Below are positions 1 through 8,272 of a DNA stretch of 30,008 nucleotides, piece by piece; position 1 is the first letter of the stretch, and every line of letters begins with the position of its first letter. The notes under the pieces were generated by a model. That model was not told the origin of the DNA. It was given only the letters and a program-made list of their open reading frames with translations, and ran no database searches. The stretch is from a virus (Duplodnaviria > Caudoviricetes): IMG/VR virus record IMGVR_UViG_3300025671_000342, positions 1 to 30,008 of that record. One strand, given 5' to 3'. The translations under genes and the position numbers were made by a program.

Positions 1-550
1 TGACAGACCCACCGATTTTGATGTCTTAGAGGGGGCAGGATGGGCGAGGCGGGCGATTAGTGCGGTGATGGGTGGGCGAGGGGCGAGAACGGCTCACAAA
101 CCGCCCCCAAACGCCCCGATTCGCCCCCAAATGACGCACCAAAGGGGGTGGGCGGGCGATTTAGTGCGGTGATAGGCGGGCGACAGCCCCGCAGTGCGTT
201 GATTAGGGCGGGCGAGGGGGTGGGTGAGCCACCACCAACCACCCACCGCCCCCCACCCAATCGGCTCACTGCGAGCCACCCGACCCACTCAGCCGAGCCG
301 AGCCACCCCCGCCTCGCCCACCCTGACGGGTGGGCGGGCCACTGCGAGCCAAAAAAAAGAAAAAAATGATGCCATCGGCTTGCCGATGAGCATATTTTTT
401 TTTTTTTTGGGCGTGCCTCCCTAACCGCATATGCTACACGGAAAAAATTTGAGGATTTTTTTTGTCAGTCCTCACAACCCTAACACTTCTCAGTCGTTCA
501 TCGCAAAATTTCCGCCAAATTTTTTTTTAGGAGAATGTTCTCCCACACAT
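1..550. repeat. Non-coding repeat-rich region with direct and inverted repeats and A/T tracts; possible genome terminus, origin or packaging region
   Basis: Inverted repeat 36-53 / 308-325 (17 of 18 match); AGTGCG(G/T)TGAT three times (about 59, 163, 193); CACTGCGAGCCA twice (about 267, 340); G-rich to C-rich switch near 226; A tract 351-367 and T tract 395-408; no credible ORF. Confidence 0.6.
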
Positions 551-551
551 C
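519..551 (+). promoter_or_regulatory. Putative promoter with a palindromic operator-like site
   Basis: T run about 25-30 nt before ATG 552, followed by the palindrome GGAGAA-TG-TTCTCC (530-543). Confidence 0.35.
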
Positions 552-1298
552 ATGCCTACGGCATTCCGCATCGCTTGGGATAGTGCTGTGATAGGTAAAA
601 TCCTCAAATATGACGAGGATCCCAAATGTTCATATTGCCATGACCCAATTCCTGACGGCAAACAATACGGGTGTGAGCAGTGCGGGCAAGATGTGTGTGA
701 ATCGTGCATGATAGAAGAAGGCGGGTATAACAATCCCGGTTATCGTGGTGAAATTGACAGCGGGCATCCAATTGAAAATCACCCCGAATTCAATGGTGGT
801 GCGTATTGTGTGCAGTGCGTATCGGATATGTTGCTTGACGGCTCGTTGGATGACGAAGGCAACCCCATTATCCCCGATGATGAGGATGAATACGGCTACC
901 CAATACACCACGGACAGGACGATGAAGAGATGCCTGTGCCTCCCGATCAAGAAGTCGCTGTGCCTGAGAATCCATTCGCCAACATGACCGATGCGGAATT
1001 GGCTCAGCGCATCAGCGCACTAACGCAGTCAAAAGCCGATATTCCCTTTTTGGCTGAATTGGTTGAGGAAGCCGCCCGCCGAACAGCACACGGCGACCCC
1101 AATCAGCGTGCTAACATGACGGCGCAAATGGAAGGCAGTTTGAACGATATACGATGGGGTATGGGTGAAGACCCAATGCTTGTCAAACCGCCCCTTAGCG
1201 ACAGGGAATTCGGCTTCCCCGAAGGCTTTGGTGATAAATTCGCAAGTGCTGACGCATTCACTTCTGCATGGGATGTGGTGAAGCATGGGCGCATTTGA
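552..1298 (+). CDS. Zn-finger-containing acidic protein with AF-x-x-AW tag at both ends
   Basis: N-term MPTAFRIAW; CxxC pairs (CSYC, CEQC, CESC, CVQC); C-term SADAFTSAWDVVK. Confidence 0.8.
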   Translation: MPTAFRIAWDSAVIGKILKYDEDPKCSYCHDPIPDGKQYGCEQCGQDVCESCMIEEGGYNNPGYRGEIDSGHPIENHPEFNGGAYCVQCVSDMLLDGSLDDEGNPIIPDDEDEYGYPIHHGQDDEEMPVPPDQEVAVPENPFANMTDAELAQRISALTQSKADIPFLAELVEEAARRTAHGDPNQRANMTAQMEGSLNDIRWGMGEDPMLVKPPLSDREFGFPEGFGDKFASADAFTSAWDVVKHGRI

Positions 1299-1650
1299 AT
1301 CCGCTTGGGACTTGCTCAAATTTAACGATTGGAAAAGCGAAGGTGATCCCTTCGCACCACCACCGCCCGAAAAAGCACCCGTCAATCCAACAGAACACCT
1401 TGCTAATGAAATCGGTCTTGAATATCCAATTGTTCATATTGAACCCGATCCAAATGGTTTTTTCATCGGCTATCAATGCGGGGATTATGCAACAACGGGT
1501 CAATTGTTTGGGGGAATAAAAACCAACGCTTCTTTCATCAATGAAGCATTTGGGCAAAGGCACTTACAACGATGCGAACAATGCCAAAGTGCTTTGCATG
1601 ACCCTCAAAACATCAACCTAAGCCATCGTCAAAGGAGGAATCTTGAATGA
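1285..1650 (+). CDS. Tagged hypothetical protein (MGAFESAWDLLK), possible Zn binder
   Basis: GGTGA SD; tag; C...HxxxCxxC; ATGA overlap with next gene. Confidence 0.8.
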   Translation: MGAFESAWDLLKFNDWKSEGDPFAPPPPEKAPVNPTEHLANEIGLEYPIVHIEPDPNGFFIGYQCGDYATTGQLFGGIKTNASFINEAFGQRHLQRCEQCQSALHDPQNINLSHRQRRNLE

Positions 1651-2213
1651 CGGCATTTGACACCGCTTGGGGCATTGTGAAGATGCCCGTTGTTCCGAAT
1701 CAATTGGAATACCTTGGCGAAAACCCAAATGCGGGTTCGTTTTATACAGATACAAAGCGTTTCAAAACCTTATTTCAAGACCCCGAAACACAAGAATTGT
1801 TGCCTTTATTTGTTGATTACGGTTCTTTTTTGAATCGTGAAGGGAAAAAATACGAATCGTATAAAGGTGCAATCGGCGCAGATCCTAACTCCAAAGAAGG
1901 AAAATTGAGGTATAACGATGAAGGAGATACAACGGCCAATGCCGAAGGGCGTTTAGTCCCCGTTATTCCCGATTTAAGACGCGCAATAACAGGCGTTAAT
2001 TTCAATCAAGGTGCTGAAAGCAGGTTTCCCCATTGGAGTGAAACAAGAGAGGGGTTTAGAAACAGGGGGTATGCTTCCGCTTTGTATGATGTTATCGCTC
2101 ACTTGATGGACAAGCAGGGGGGTCATGCTTTGAATCCTTCGCACGAACAAAAGGCGGCGGCAAAGGGGATGTGGAAAAACCGTAAAACATGGCCTGTGAG
2201 GGACGACCTATGA
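1647..2213 (+). CDS. Tagged GNAT-like acetyltransferase
   Basis: MTAFDTAWGIVKMP; acetyl-CoA-binding motif A-like ETREGFRNRGYASALY; downstream AAKGMW. Confidence 0.65.
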   Translation: MTAFDTAWGIVKMPVVPNQLEYLGENPNAGSFYTDTKRFKTLFQDPETQELLPLFVDYGSFLNREGKKYESYKGAIGADPNSKEGKLRYNDEGDTTANAEGRLVPVIPDLRRAITGVNFNQGAESRFPHWSETREGFRNRGYASALYDVIAHLMDKQGGHALNPSHEQKAAAKGMWKNRKTWPVRDDL

Positions 2214-2833
2214 CCGCCTTTGATACCGCTTGGGCTTTGCTGAAAATGCCGATGTATCACGCCACTAACCGTAAAAATGCGGAGAAAATTATGCAAGAAG
2301 GATTGAAGCCTACCTCTTCATTTAATTATGATAACGCATTACGACATTATTTTGAACGCCTTCTTCAATGGGGAGAACCGCACATAGATAGTCTTGAAGC
2401 GATGAGGGATAAAAATTATTATTCAAGGCAACCAATTGAATACACCATTGAACAATTAGAAGAGGCTCGTCAAAAAGACCGTGAAAATATGCAAATGGGG
2501 GTCACTTATGCCTACAACGATAAAATGCCACGAAAAAAAGACAACATCGGAGGTAAAGAATATGGGATTTTAGAAGCGTTTGGATATGGTGAATCGGGCG
2601 ACATTGACTATGATGAGATTGATAACCCAATTGTAATTTTGGAAATTGATGATTTTCCTTCTTTGGGATGGGGCTTGAAGCCCCCGCATTATGAATTGCC
2701 TCCCGAAGTGTCATTGACAAATCAAACAATACCACCTAAACATATTCGCATTTTGCCTCAAGATGAAATTGATGTTGCCCTTGAAAGGTATGGTCGGTGG
2801 GAAGATGATTATTGGAGGGATAATTCACAATGA
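2210..2833 (+). CDS. Tagged ADP-ribosyltransferase / Tpt1-KptA-like NAD-binding fold protein
   Basis: Start reset to MTAFDTAWALLKMP (ATGA overlap); YHATNRKNAEKIMQEGLKP, IVILEID, IPPKHI. Confidence 0.65.
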   Translation: MTAFDTAWALLKMPMYHATNRKNAEKIMQEGLKPTSSFNYDNALRHYFERLLQWGEPHIDSLEAMRDKNYYSRQPIEYTIEQLEEARQKDRENMQMGVTYAYNDKMPRKKDNIGGKEYGILEAFGYGESGDIDYDEIDNPIVILEIDDFPSLGWGLKPPHYELPPEVSLTNQTIPPKHIRILPQDEIDVALERYGRWEDDYWRDNSQ

Positions 2834-3243
2834 CCGCCTTTGACACCGCTTGGTCGTTATTGAAAATGCCTTTGTATGAGATGGGTGATAAAGCACCGAA
2901 AACATGGAATGAACGGGCAAGGGCAAAAGAAGGTGATTTGGATGGTTTTTTGCACAATTTAAGACCACATACAACAAACAGCATTTCATGGGCTTCCGAA
3001 TTGGATGATGCGAGAGGAATGGCACTAAAAGACGGACTAATACACGCATTTGCTATCCCACATCAATTACAAGGACAAGGTTTGGGGAGAGAACGATTAT
3101 TGGAAATGATTGCAGAAATACAGACCCGATACCCTAATTTCAAGCCGTATGTGAATCGGGATGAAATTCTTGATGAGAACGCCCATAAATTTTGGAGTCA
3201 AAGGCACGAAGAAGGTCATGTTGATTTGAGGGATGACCTATGA
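2830..3243 (+). CDS. Tagged GNAT-like acetyltransferase
   Basis: MTAFDTAWSLLKMP; IHAFAIPHQLQGQGLGRERL (QxxGxG); NAHKFW. Confidence 0.7.
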   Translation: MTAFDTAWSLLKMPLYEMGDKAPKTWNERARAKEGDLDGFLHNLRPHTTNSISWASELDDARGMALKDGLIHAFAIPHQLQGQGLGRERLLEMIAEIQTRYPNFKPYVNRDEILDENAHKFWSQRHEEGHVDLRDDL

Positions 3244-3719
3244 CCGCTTTTGAATCCGCATGGGCTTTGCTCAAAATGCCGTATCACGGCACTACAACCG
3301 ACAGGTTAGAGGAAATCATGCGTGATGGCTTACAGCCAAGAGGTTCGTTTAGAGATCGTGATGAGCAGGGAGACTTTTTACCGTGGGAGGCTCGCCTGTA
3401 TTACGCCACGAAACCCAAAAAAGCGGCATCATTCGCCATGTATCGTGCCGAAGAGGACAGCAGGGATCGGGGCGACCCTGTGGTTCTTGAATTTCCTGAT
3501 AGCGCAGTGAATAACGAAAATCCAATCCAAGAAGAATCATTCGCCAATTATGCCTATACGACTCGCACCGTTCCTCCTGAGCAATTGACTGTTCACTATG
3601 GCCCTCCTAAACCCCCGTTCCGTGATAGGTGGGAAGGAAATGAAAAGGGGCAAGCGTGGTATAAAGCCATGAATGAATGGAAAAAACAATTACAACAAAC
3701 GATGGGGAGAGGGTTATGA
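3240..3719 (+). CDS. Tagged ADP-ribosyltransferase / Tpt1-KptA-like protein
   Basis: MTAFESAWALLKMP; YHGTTTDRLEEIMRDGLQP; LYYATKPKKAASFA; PVVLEF; VPPEQL. Confidence 0.7.
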   Translation: MTAFESAWALLKMPYHGTTTDRLEEIMRDGLQPRGSFRDRDEQGDFLPWEARLYYATKPKKAASFAMYRAEEDSRDRGDPVVLEFPDSAVNNENPIQEESFANYAYTTRTVPPEQLTVHYGPPKPPFRDRWEGNEKGQAWYKAMNEWKKQLQQTMGRGL

Positions 3720-4450
3720 CCGCCTTTGAATCCGCTTGGGCTTTGCTGAAAGCCCCCATTGATGTTTATTCGGATCGTGGGCGGGTAAGAGAGATTGGCG
3801 ATGATGAAATGTTGTTTAGTGGCGGGGATTTTAGAGATGATCCACGCTATTATTCAAATGACCTTGATCTTGCTTTGCATTATGCTTTGTATGGTTCAGC
3901 CATTCCTTACGCTGATTTTAGAGGGCAAAGAGATACAGAAGGAAAATCCTCTCCACCAATGCGAAGAACAATACCGAGCATTAGCACCATTGACCCAAGC
4001 GATTTTGAAGAATACGCACACATAATGCAAGAAGATCCGTTTAGCCCCGATGTCGGTGTTATGGATGATGAGAATATGGGTGAACGCTTATCGCATGACC
4101 GAGTTATTGAATTGCTTCAAGAATACATTGATGAAAGGCGATATGAGGGGGTTATGGGAGGAACAACAGGTGAATTGTTCACTCCTGAACAAAGAGGGCA
4201 ACACGCAAAAGACGCTTTAAGCCGATTGATTGCTTATAGAAACAACGAATCACTTGAGAGGTTCAACCCACGCCCACCAAGTTATGAGATGGATGGAGAT
4301 GTGTTTAGAACGGCTGACTATGACGATTTCATAGAGGCACTTGGCTATGACGATAGCATGGTTGAAATGCTTGGCGAATGGGAGGATTTAGAGGATTGGC
4401 AACGAAAAGCCGCCGAAGAAGCGGGATATTCGGAGGATGATTGGGTATGA
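3716..4450 (+). CDS. Tagged acidic protein, possibly a degenerate ART fold
   Basis: Start reset to MTAFESAWALLKAP (ATGA overlap); LFSGG...RYYSNDLDLALHYA resembles ART strands but lacks the His. The CDS is solid, the function weak. Confidence 0.65.
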   Translation: MTAFESAWALLKAPIDVYSDRGRVREIGDDEMLFSGGDFRDDPRYYSNDLDLALHYALYGSAIPYADFRGQRDTEGKSSPPMRRTIPSISTIDPSDFEEYAHIMQEDPFSPDVGVMDDENMGERLSHDRVIELLQEYIDERRYEGVMGGTTGELFTPEQRGQHAKDALSRLIAYRNNESLERFNPRPPSYEMDGDVFRTADYDDFIEALGYDDSMVEMLGEWEDLEDWQRKAAEEAGYSEDDWV

Positions 4451-5337
4451 CCGCATTTGACACCGCTTGGTCGCTCTTGAAAGAGTGGACTCCTGATTGG
4501 AGGCAAAAAATTGACGCTCTCCCCTTGATTGATGAAGCAAATGATTTTGATTTTAATTTCAATTGGGAGGATCGCGATGCTGTGAAAAACGCCCGAATGC
4601 AAAGCAATTATTACCTACCAAAGGACATTGTGCCGTTTGTTCACCCACACAGTGATTCATTTGTTGCCAAAAGACCCGGCTCAAGTGATTTTTTTGATGA
4701 AGAAGCCCTTTACAGGAACATAATGCGTATGCGTGCAAACCCGTTCAATGTTGCCTTGGAGGAATTGGGTTATCCTGTTGTGTCGGAGATGCACCGTGAA
4801 GGTGATGGTTTCTTCAACATTCAACCTCGTTTGATAACAGGACCGGGTGAACATTGGGAGAAGGTGGGTGAAAAGCCACCGTATGAACAGCCGGGGCTTA
4901 CCGCACTTGCTCAAAGGGTTTTGGATGGAATAGCCACCGACAAGCATGGTGATAACATTGGAATCGATCCCAAAGGATTGCCGAGATTTTTTGATTTCAA
5001 TTTGCAGGGCGGTCCGTGGTCTGTCGGCTTTGACAATTACAAGGAGATGACCCCAAAGGAGAGGGCGGAGGATTGGATGGGGAGGACTCACACGATGGGT
5101 CTTGAATTGCCCGTTAGCCGTTTGATAGACCGTTTGCCCGATATGACCGATATTAGAGGCTTAGAAGATGATGGCTATTGGATGGAAAATGATATGGATG
5201 AATTGCGAGCGAATCAAGAAGGCATTCGTGAATTTTTGGAATTGATTGAACCGCACTCTCGTTATTCAACAAAAGAAGTCACCCACGATGGCAAAGCGAT
5301 ATGGGGAAGTGATTGGAATTCACTTGACCCCCGCTAA
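4447..5337 (+). CDS. Tagged atypical protein-kinase-like protein
   Basis: MTAFDTAWSLLK (ATGA overlap); FVAK (VAIK-like Lys); catalytic loop DKHGDNIG (DxHxxN); FFDF (DFG-like). Confidence 0.6.
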   Translation: MTAFDTAWSLLKEWTPDWRQKIDALPLIDEANDFDFNFNWEDRDAVKNARMQSNYYLPKDIVPFVHPHSDSFVAKRPGSSDFFDEEALYRNIMRMRANPFNVALEELGYPVVSEMHREGDGFFNIQPRLITGPGEHWEKVGEKPPYEQPGLTALAQRVLDGIATDKHGDNIGIDPKGLPRFFDFNLQGGPWSVGFDNYKEMTPKERAEDWMGRTHTMGLELPVSRLIDRLPDMTDIRGLEDDGYWMENDMDELRANQEGIREFLELIEPHSRYSTKEVTHDGKAIWGSDWNSLDPR

Positions 5338-5368
5338 CTTTTTCACCCGTCACGCTCTCACACCGCAC
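5335..5368 (+). promoter_or_regulatory. Putative leaderless archaeal-type promoter
   Basis: TTTTTCA starting 30 nt before ATG 5369; CACATG start context; no SD. Confidence 0.4.
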
Positions 5369-6256
5369 ATGGCGGGTATTACCATTTTTGAGGTAGCACC
5401 CCGTGACGGCCTTCAAAACCTGTCGCATTTCGTGGCTACGGAGGACAAATTGCACTTGATTAGCCTCATTGAAAAGACCAATGTAAAGCACATTGAAGTG
5501 GCTTCGTTTGTCAATCCTCGCCTTGTTCCGAACATGGCTGACGGTGAAGAAGTGGTGCAGGGGGTTCTCCGCAGGAAAAACGATGTTTCGTATTCGGTAT
5601 TGGTGATGAATGACAAGGGTTTAGAGCGTGCAAAGGCGGTTGGTGCAACCAAATTCAACATTGTGCTGTCCCCTGATGATGATTTTAACAAGCGCAATTT
5701 CGGTAAAGACCTTGAGGCAATCACAGCGATTTATGACAAAATGCTGACGGATGTGCCTCGTGAAAATGTGCGTGTGTATATTTCAAAGGCATTTGGTGGG
5801 TGTGTTGAGCAATTAGCCGAAGTCGTGCAAAAAGGACTCACCTATGGTGAAAAAATCGTGTTATGCGACACTTCGGGGACAGCAAAACCCTTTGACATCG
5901 CTTTGGGTATTGATGTAGCCAACGATTACACAGAAAACCTCGCTGTGCATTTGCATCACGGCAAAAACCTCATGCCCAATGTGGAAACCGCATACCTCAA
6001 CGGTGTCTTTGAATTTGACACGAGCATCGGTGGTTTGGGGGGTTGCCCCTTTGTCAAGGACTCAGGTGCGAATTTGGCGACTGAAGATCTGCTCAAGTGG
6101 TGCAGGGACAAGGGTATTCGCTGTCCGTTGAACGATAAGGCGGTGCGAGAGGCGGCGGAATTCGCCAAACAGATTCGCTATCCCACTCTCACCTCCGTCA
6201 TTAAAGGTAAAATGCAAGAAGCCACAGGGCGTATCAGGTCGGTGGTGAGGCTATAA
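5369..6256 (+). CDS. hmgL: Hydroxymethylglutaryl-CoA lyase (DRE-TIM metallolyase), auxiliary metabolic gene
   Basis: EVAPRDGLQN, IEVASFVNPRLVPNMAD, LCDTSG, metal-binding HLH, GGLGGCPF...GANLATED; start reset to MAGITIFE. Confidence 0.9.
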   Translation: MAGITIFEVAPRDGLQNLSHFVATEDKLHLISLIEKTNVKHIEVASFVNPRLVPNMADGEEVVQGVLRRKNDVSYSVLVMNDKGLERAKAVGATKFNIVLSPDDDFNKRNFGKDLEAITAIYDKMLTDVPRENVRVYISKAFGGCVEQLAEVVQKGLTYGEKIVLCDTSGTAKPFDIALGIDVANDYTENLAVHLHHGKNLMPNVETAYLNGVFEFDTSIGGLGGCPFVKDSGANLATEDLLKWCRDKGIRCPLNDKAVREAAEFAKQIRYPTLTSVIKGKMQEATGRIRSVVRL

Positions 6257-6372
6257 CGCGCTGTAAATTGCTTGACGAGTGGTTTGACTATCACAGCAAG
6301 CGTTTGGATGAGCGTGAGGCTAATACCAAGAAGTGCATGGTGACGGGGGCAAAGAAAAATGAGTCCGTTTGA
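6253..6372 (+). CDS. Small 39-aa hypothetical protein, probable non-canonical ATA start
   Basis: Fills the gap between two genes and overlaps both: (M)TRCKLLDEWFDYHSKRLDEREANTKKCMVTGAKKNESV; GGTGA 4 nt before ATA, as at 19743 and 23102; alternative TTG at 6268. Confidence 0.45.
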   Translation: MTRCKLLDEWFDYHSKRLDEREANTKKCMVTGAKKNESV

Positions 6373-7081
6373 CACCGCATGGTTGGTGATGAAAGGCTAC
6401 GAAGCCCCCACCTTTACGGATAAAGGCTTACCTTGGTTAGAAGAAAGGGGACACTCTTTGATGGATGGTGTTCAACCCATTAGTTCATTTCGCAATTTAA
6501 CGAGGGCATGGAAAAACCGACCTATGATGAGCATTCAGCCGAAATTGCTGACTCCTGAAGGAAGAAAAAGCGGTTGGACTACCCTCGCTACCTCATCCAC
6601 TATCCCCCTCACAGACTACAACAAATTTTGGATTAGTCGTGGTATGCAAAACAAAACATGGGACACGGGGAAAAGATCGCTTCATGCGAAAATTGAGGGG
6701 CAGACGACTCGTGACATCCTTGACCAAATGTTGTTTGACAGTGCTAACCCCCAAGATCTCCTTGACTATGATGTTGAATACAACAAACATGGCGAAGGGA
6801 TGCCGATTGTGTTGGATAGGGAAGGGGGCTTTGCGCCTTTGGTGTCTTATTGGCCGTTTGAAGATAGGGATAAAACAATACCGAATCGTTATGGGGGCAA
6901 TTTTGTCGTCACGCAATTGGATAGCCTAAACGAAGATCCGAGAACAAAGGTTCGTGCTGTTGTGCCTGAAACCGCTGAATTGATCGGTGAATTGAGTGTC
7001 ATTACACCATACGGGGCGGCATTCCCTGATATGGAGACGGATGAATTGATTGATAGGCTTGGGGCGAGGGTGATTGCATGA
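6359..7081 (+). CDS. Tagged hypothetical protein
   Basis: MSPFDTAWLVMKG; no recognised domain; ATGA overlap with next gene. Confidence 0.8.
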   Translation: MSPFDTAWLVMKGYEAPTFTDKGLPWLEERGHSLMDGVQPISSFRNLTRAWKNRPMMSIQPKLLTPEGRKSGWTTLATSSTIPLTDYNKFWISRGMQNKTWDTGKRSLHAKIEGQTTRDILDQMLFDSANPQDLLDYDVEYNKHGEGMPIVLDREGGFAPLVSYWPFEDRDKTIPNRYGGNFVVTQLDSLNEDPRTKVRAVVPETAELIGELSVITPYGAAFPDMETDELIDRLGARVIA

Positions 7082-7851
7082 CCGCCTTTGACTCCGCTTG
7101 GGGCATCGTGAAAGCCCTTTATCACGGCACTTATTGGGGTGACGAGGTTGAGCATGAGGGCTTGACCGAAGGTGCTGAAGCGGCGGATTTTCAAGATTAT
7201 GTCTATGACAGTCGCAGGGGCGAGGACTACGATTGGCCCATTGAGCAAATCAAAGAACGATTTTTGCGTGATCACAGCGAAGAGGATTGGGAACGGATGA
7301 TGGTGGGTGACACTTGGAAATATGCGGCAGGGCCAACCAAAAGAGAAACACTTCAAGCACCTGCGGGAATGCTCGGTGCTTTCAGTCAAGCGAGTGGCTA
7401 TGGTTCGGATATTTTTGAAATTGATGAAAACCATCCCGATGCCCCTGAGTGGATTAAAGAACCCAAGTGGCAACGAAGTGAATACGACACAGGGGAATTG
7501 ACCCGCTATGCCTATCCCAAACACTCAATCCAATGGCGCACTAAAGGAGATGTCCCCCCGCACACAATGCGAAGGTTAGGGGAAGAAGAATTGGGCGTTT
7601 TAGCCACTCGTTTGAAAAATTGGCGTGATGCGGCTATGCAACGGTATAATTTGATAGATCAGATGATGTGGAATTTTGACTATTTGAAAACCTTGACCGA
7701 TGAGCAACAAAGGGAATTGTTGCGACAGCATAAAATTTTACATTCTATGAATCAGGTGAGAACCACGCCCCAAGAATTGAACAATTGGCTTCGTGCCAAT
7801 TATTTGGGGTCTTACGCTACGGACGAGGTGAAGGAAAATGACCCCGTTTGA
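7078..7851 (+). CDS. Tagged ADP-ribosyltransferase-like protein
   Basis: MTAFDSAWGIVKA; LYHGTYWGDEVEHEGL; IFEID; VPPHTM. Confidence 0.6.
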   Translation: MTAFDSAWGIVKALYHGTYWGDEVEHEGLTEGAEAADFQDYVYDSRRGEDYDWPIEQIKERFLRDHSEEDWERMMVGDTWKYAAGPTKRETLQAPAGMLGAFSQASGYGSDIFEIDENHPDAPEWIKEPKWQRSEYDTGELTRYAYPKHSIQWRTKGDVPPHTMRRLGEEELGVLATRLKNWRDAAMQRYNLIDQMMWNFDYLKTLTDEQQRELLRQHKILHSMNQVRTTPQELNNWLRANYLGSYATDEVKENDPV

Positions 7852-8272
7852 TTCAGCATGGGCTATCGTGAAAATGCCCTTTCATGGGACTTCGTTATCA
7901 AGGGCGAAGAAAATCATGGAAGAGGGGCTAAAAGCCCGCAAAACCGATGCCTATGATCGTTGGTATGGCGCACCGTCATCATTCTCATCACCTGACTATG
8001 AAGCGGCTATGGATTATGCCGCATCAGCCATGTGGACTGATGACCCGCCCGCTGTCATTCACATATCCCAAGAGGTTGAGGCAGACCAAAACCCCGCCTT
8101 TGATGTGAATGTGTATAACAGGGACATACCACCCGAAATGCTTTCAATCATGTGGGAAGGACCACCTGCTGAGGAAGGGGAGAACCCATCCGCTTACAGG
8201 AAACGGATTCACGCACTAATGGATGCCGAATACAAACGATGGATGGAGAGTGAAGATGATGAACCTGAGTGA
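7838..8272 (+). CDS. Tagged ADP-ribosyltransferase / Tpt1-KptA-like protein
   Basis: MTPFDSAWAIVKMP; FHGTSLSRAKKIMEEGLKA; SFSSPDYEAAMDYA; PAVIHI; IPPEML. Confidence 0.7.
   Translation: MTPFDSAWAIVKMPFHGTSLSRAKKIMEEGLKARKTDAYDRWYGAPSSFSSPDYEAAMDYAASAMWTDDPPAVIHISQEVEADQNPAFDVNVYNRDIPPEMLSIMWEGPPAEEGENPSAYRKRIHALMDAEYKRWMESEDDEPE

Noticed and set aside
57-733. Short ORFs in and next to the repeat region (57-269, 94-288, 148-369, 224-424, 527-733)
   Set aside because: Low-complexity translations of GC-skewed repeats, or antisense to gene 552; no SD or motifs
6889-7524. 211-aa minus-strand ORF and other long antisense ORFs (e.g. 22499-22999, 23596-24213, 25639-26226)
   Set aside because: They shadow well-supported plus-strand genes and have no motifs
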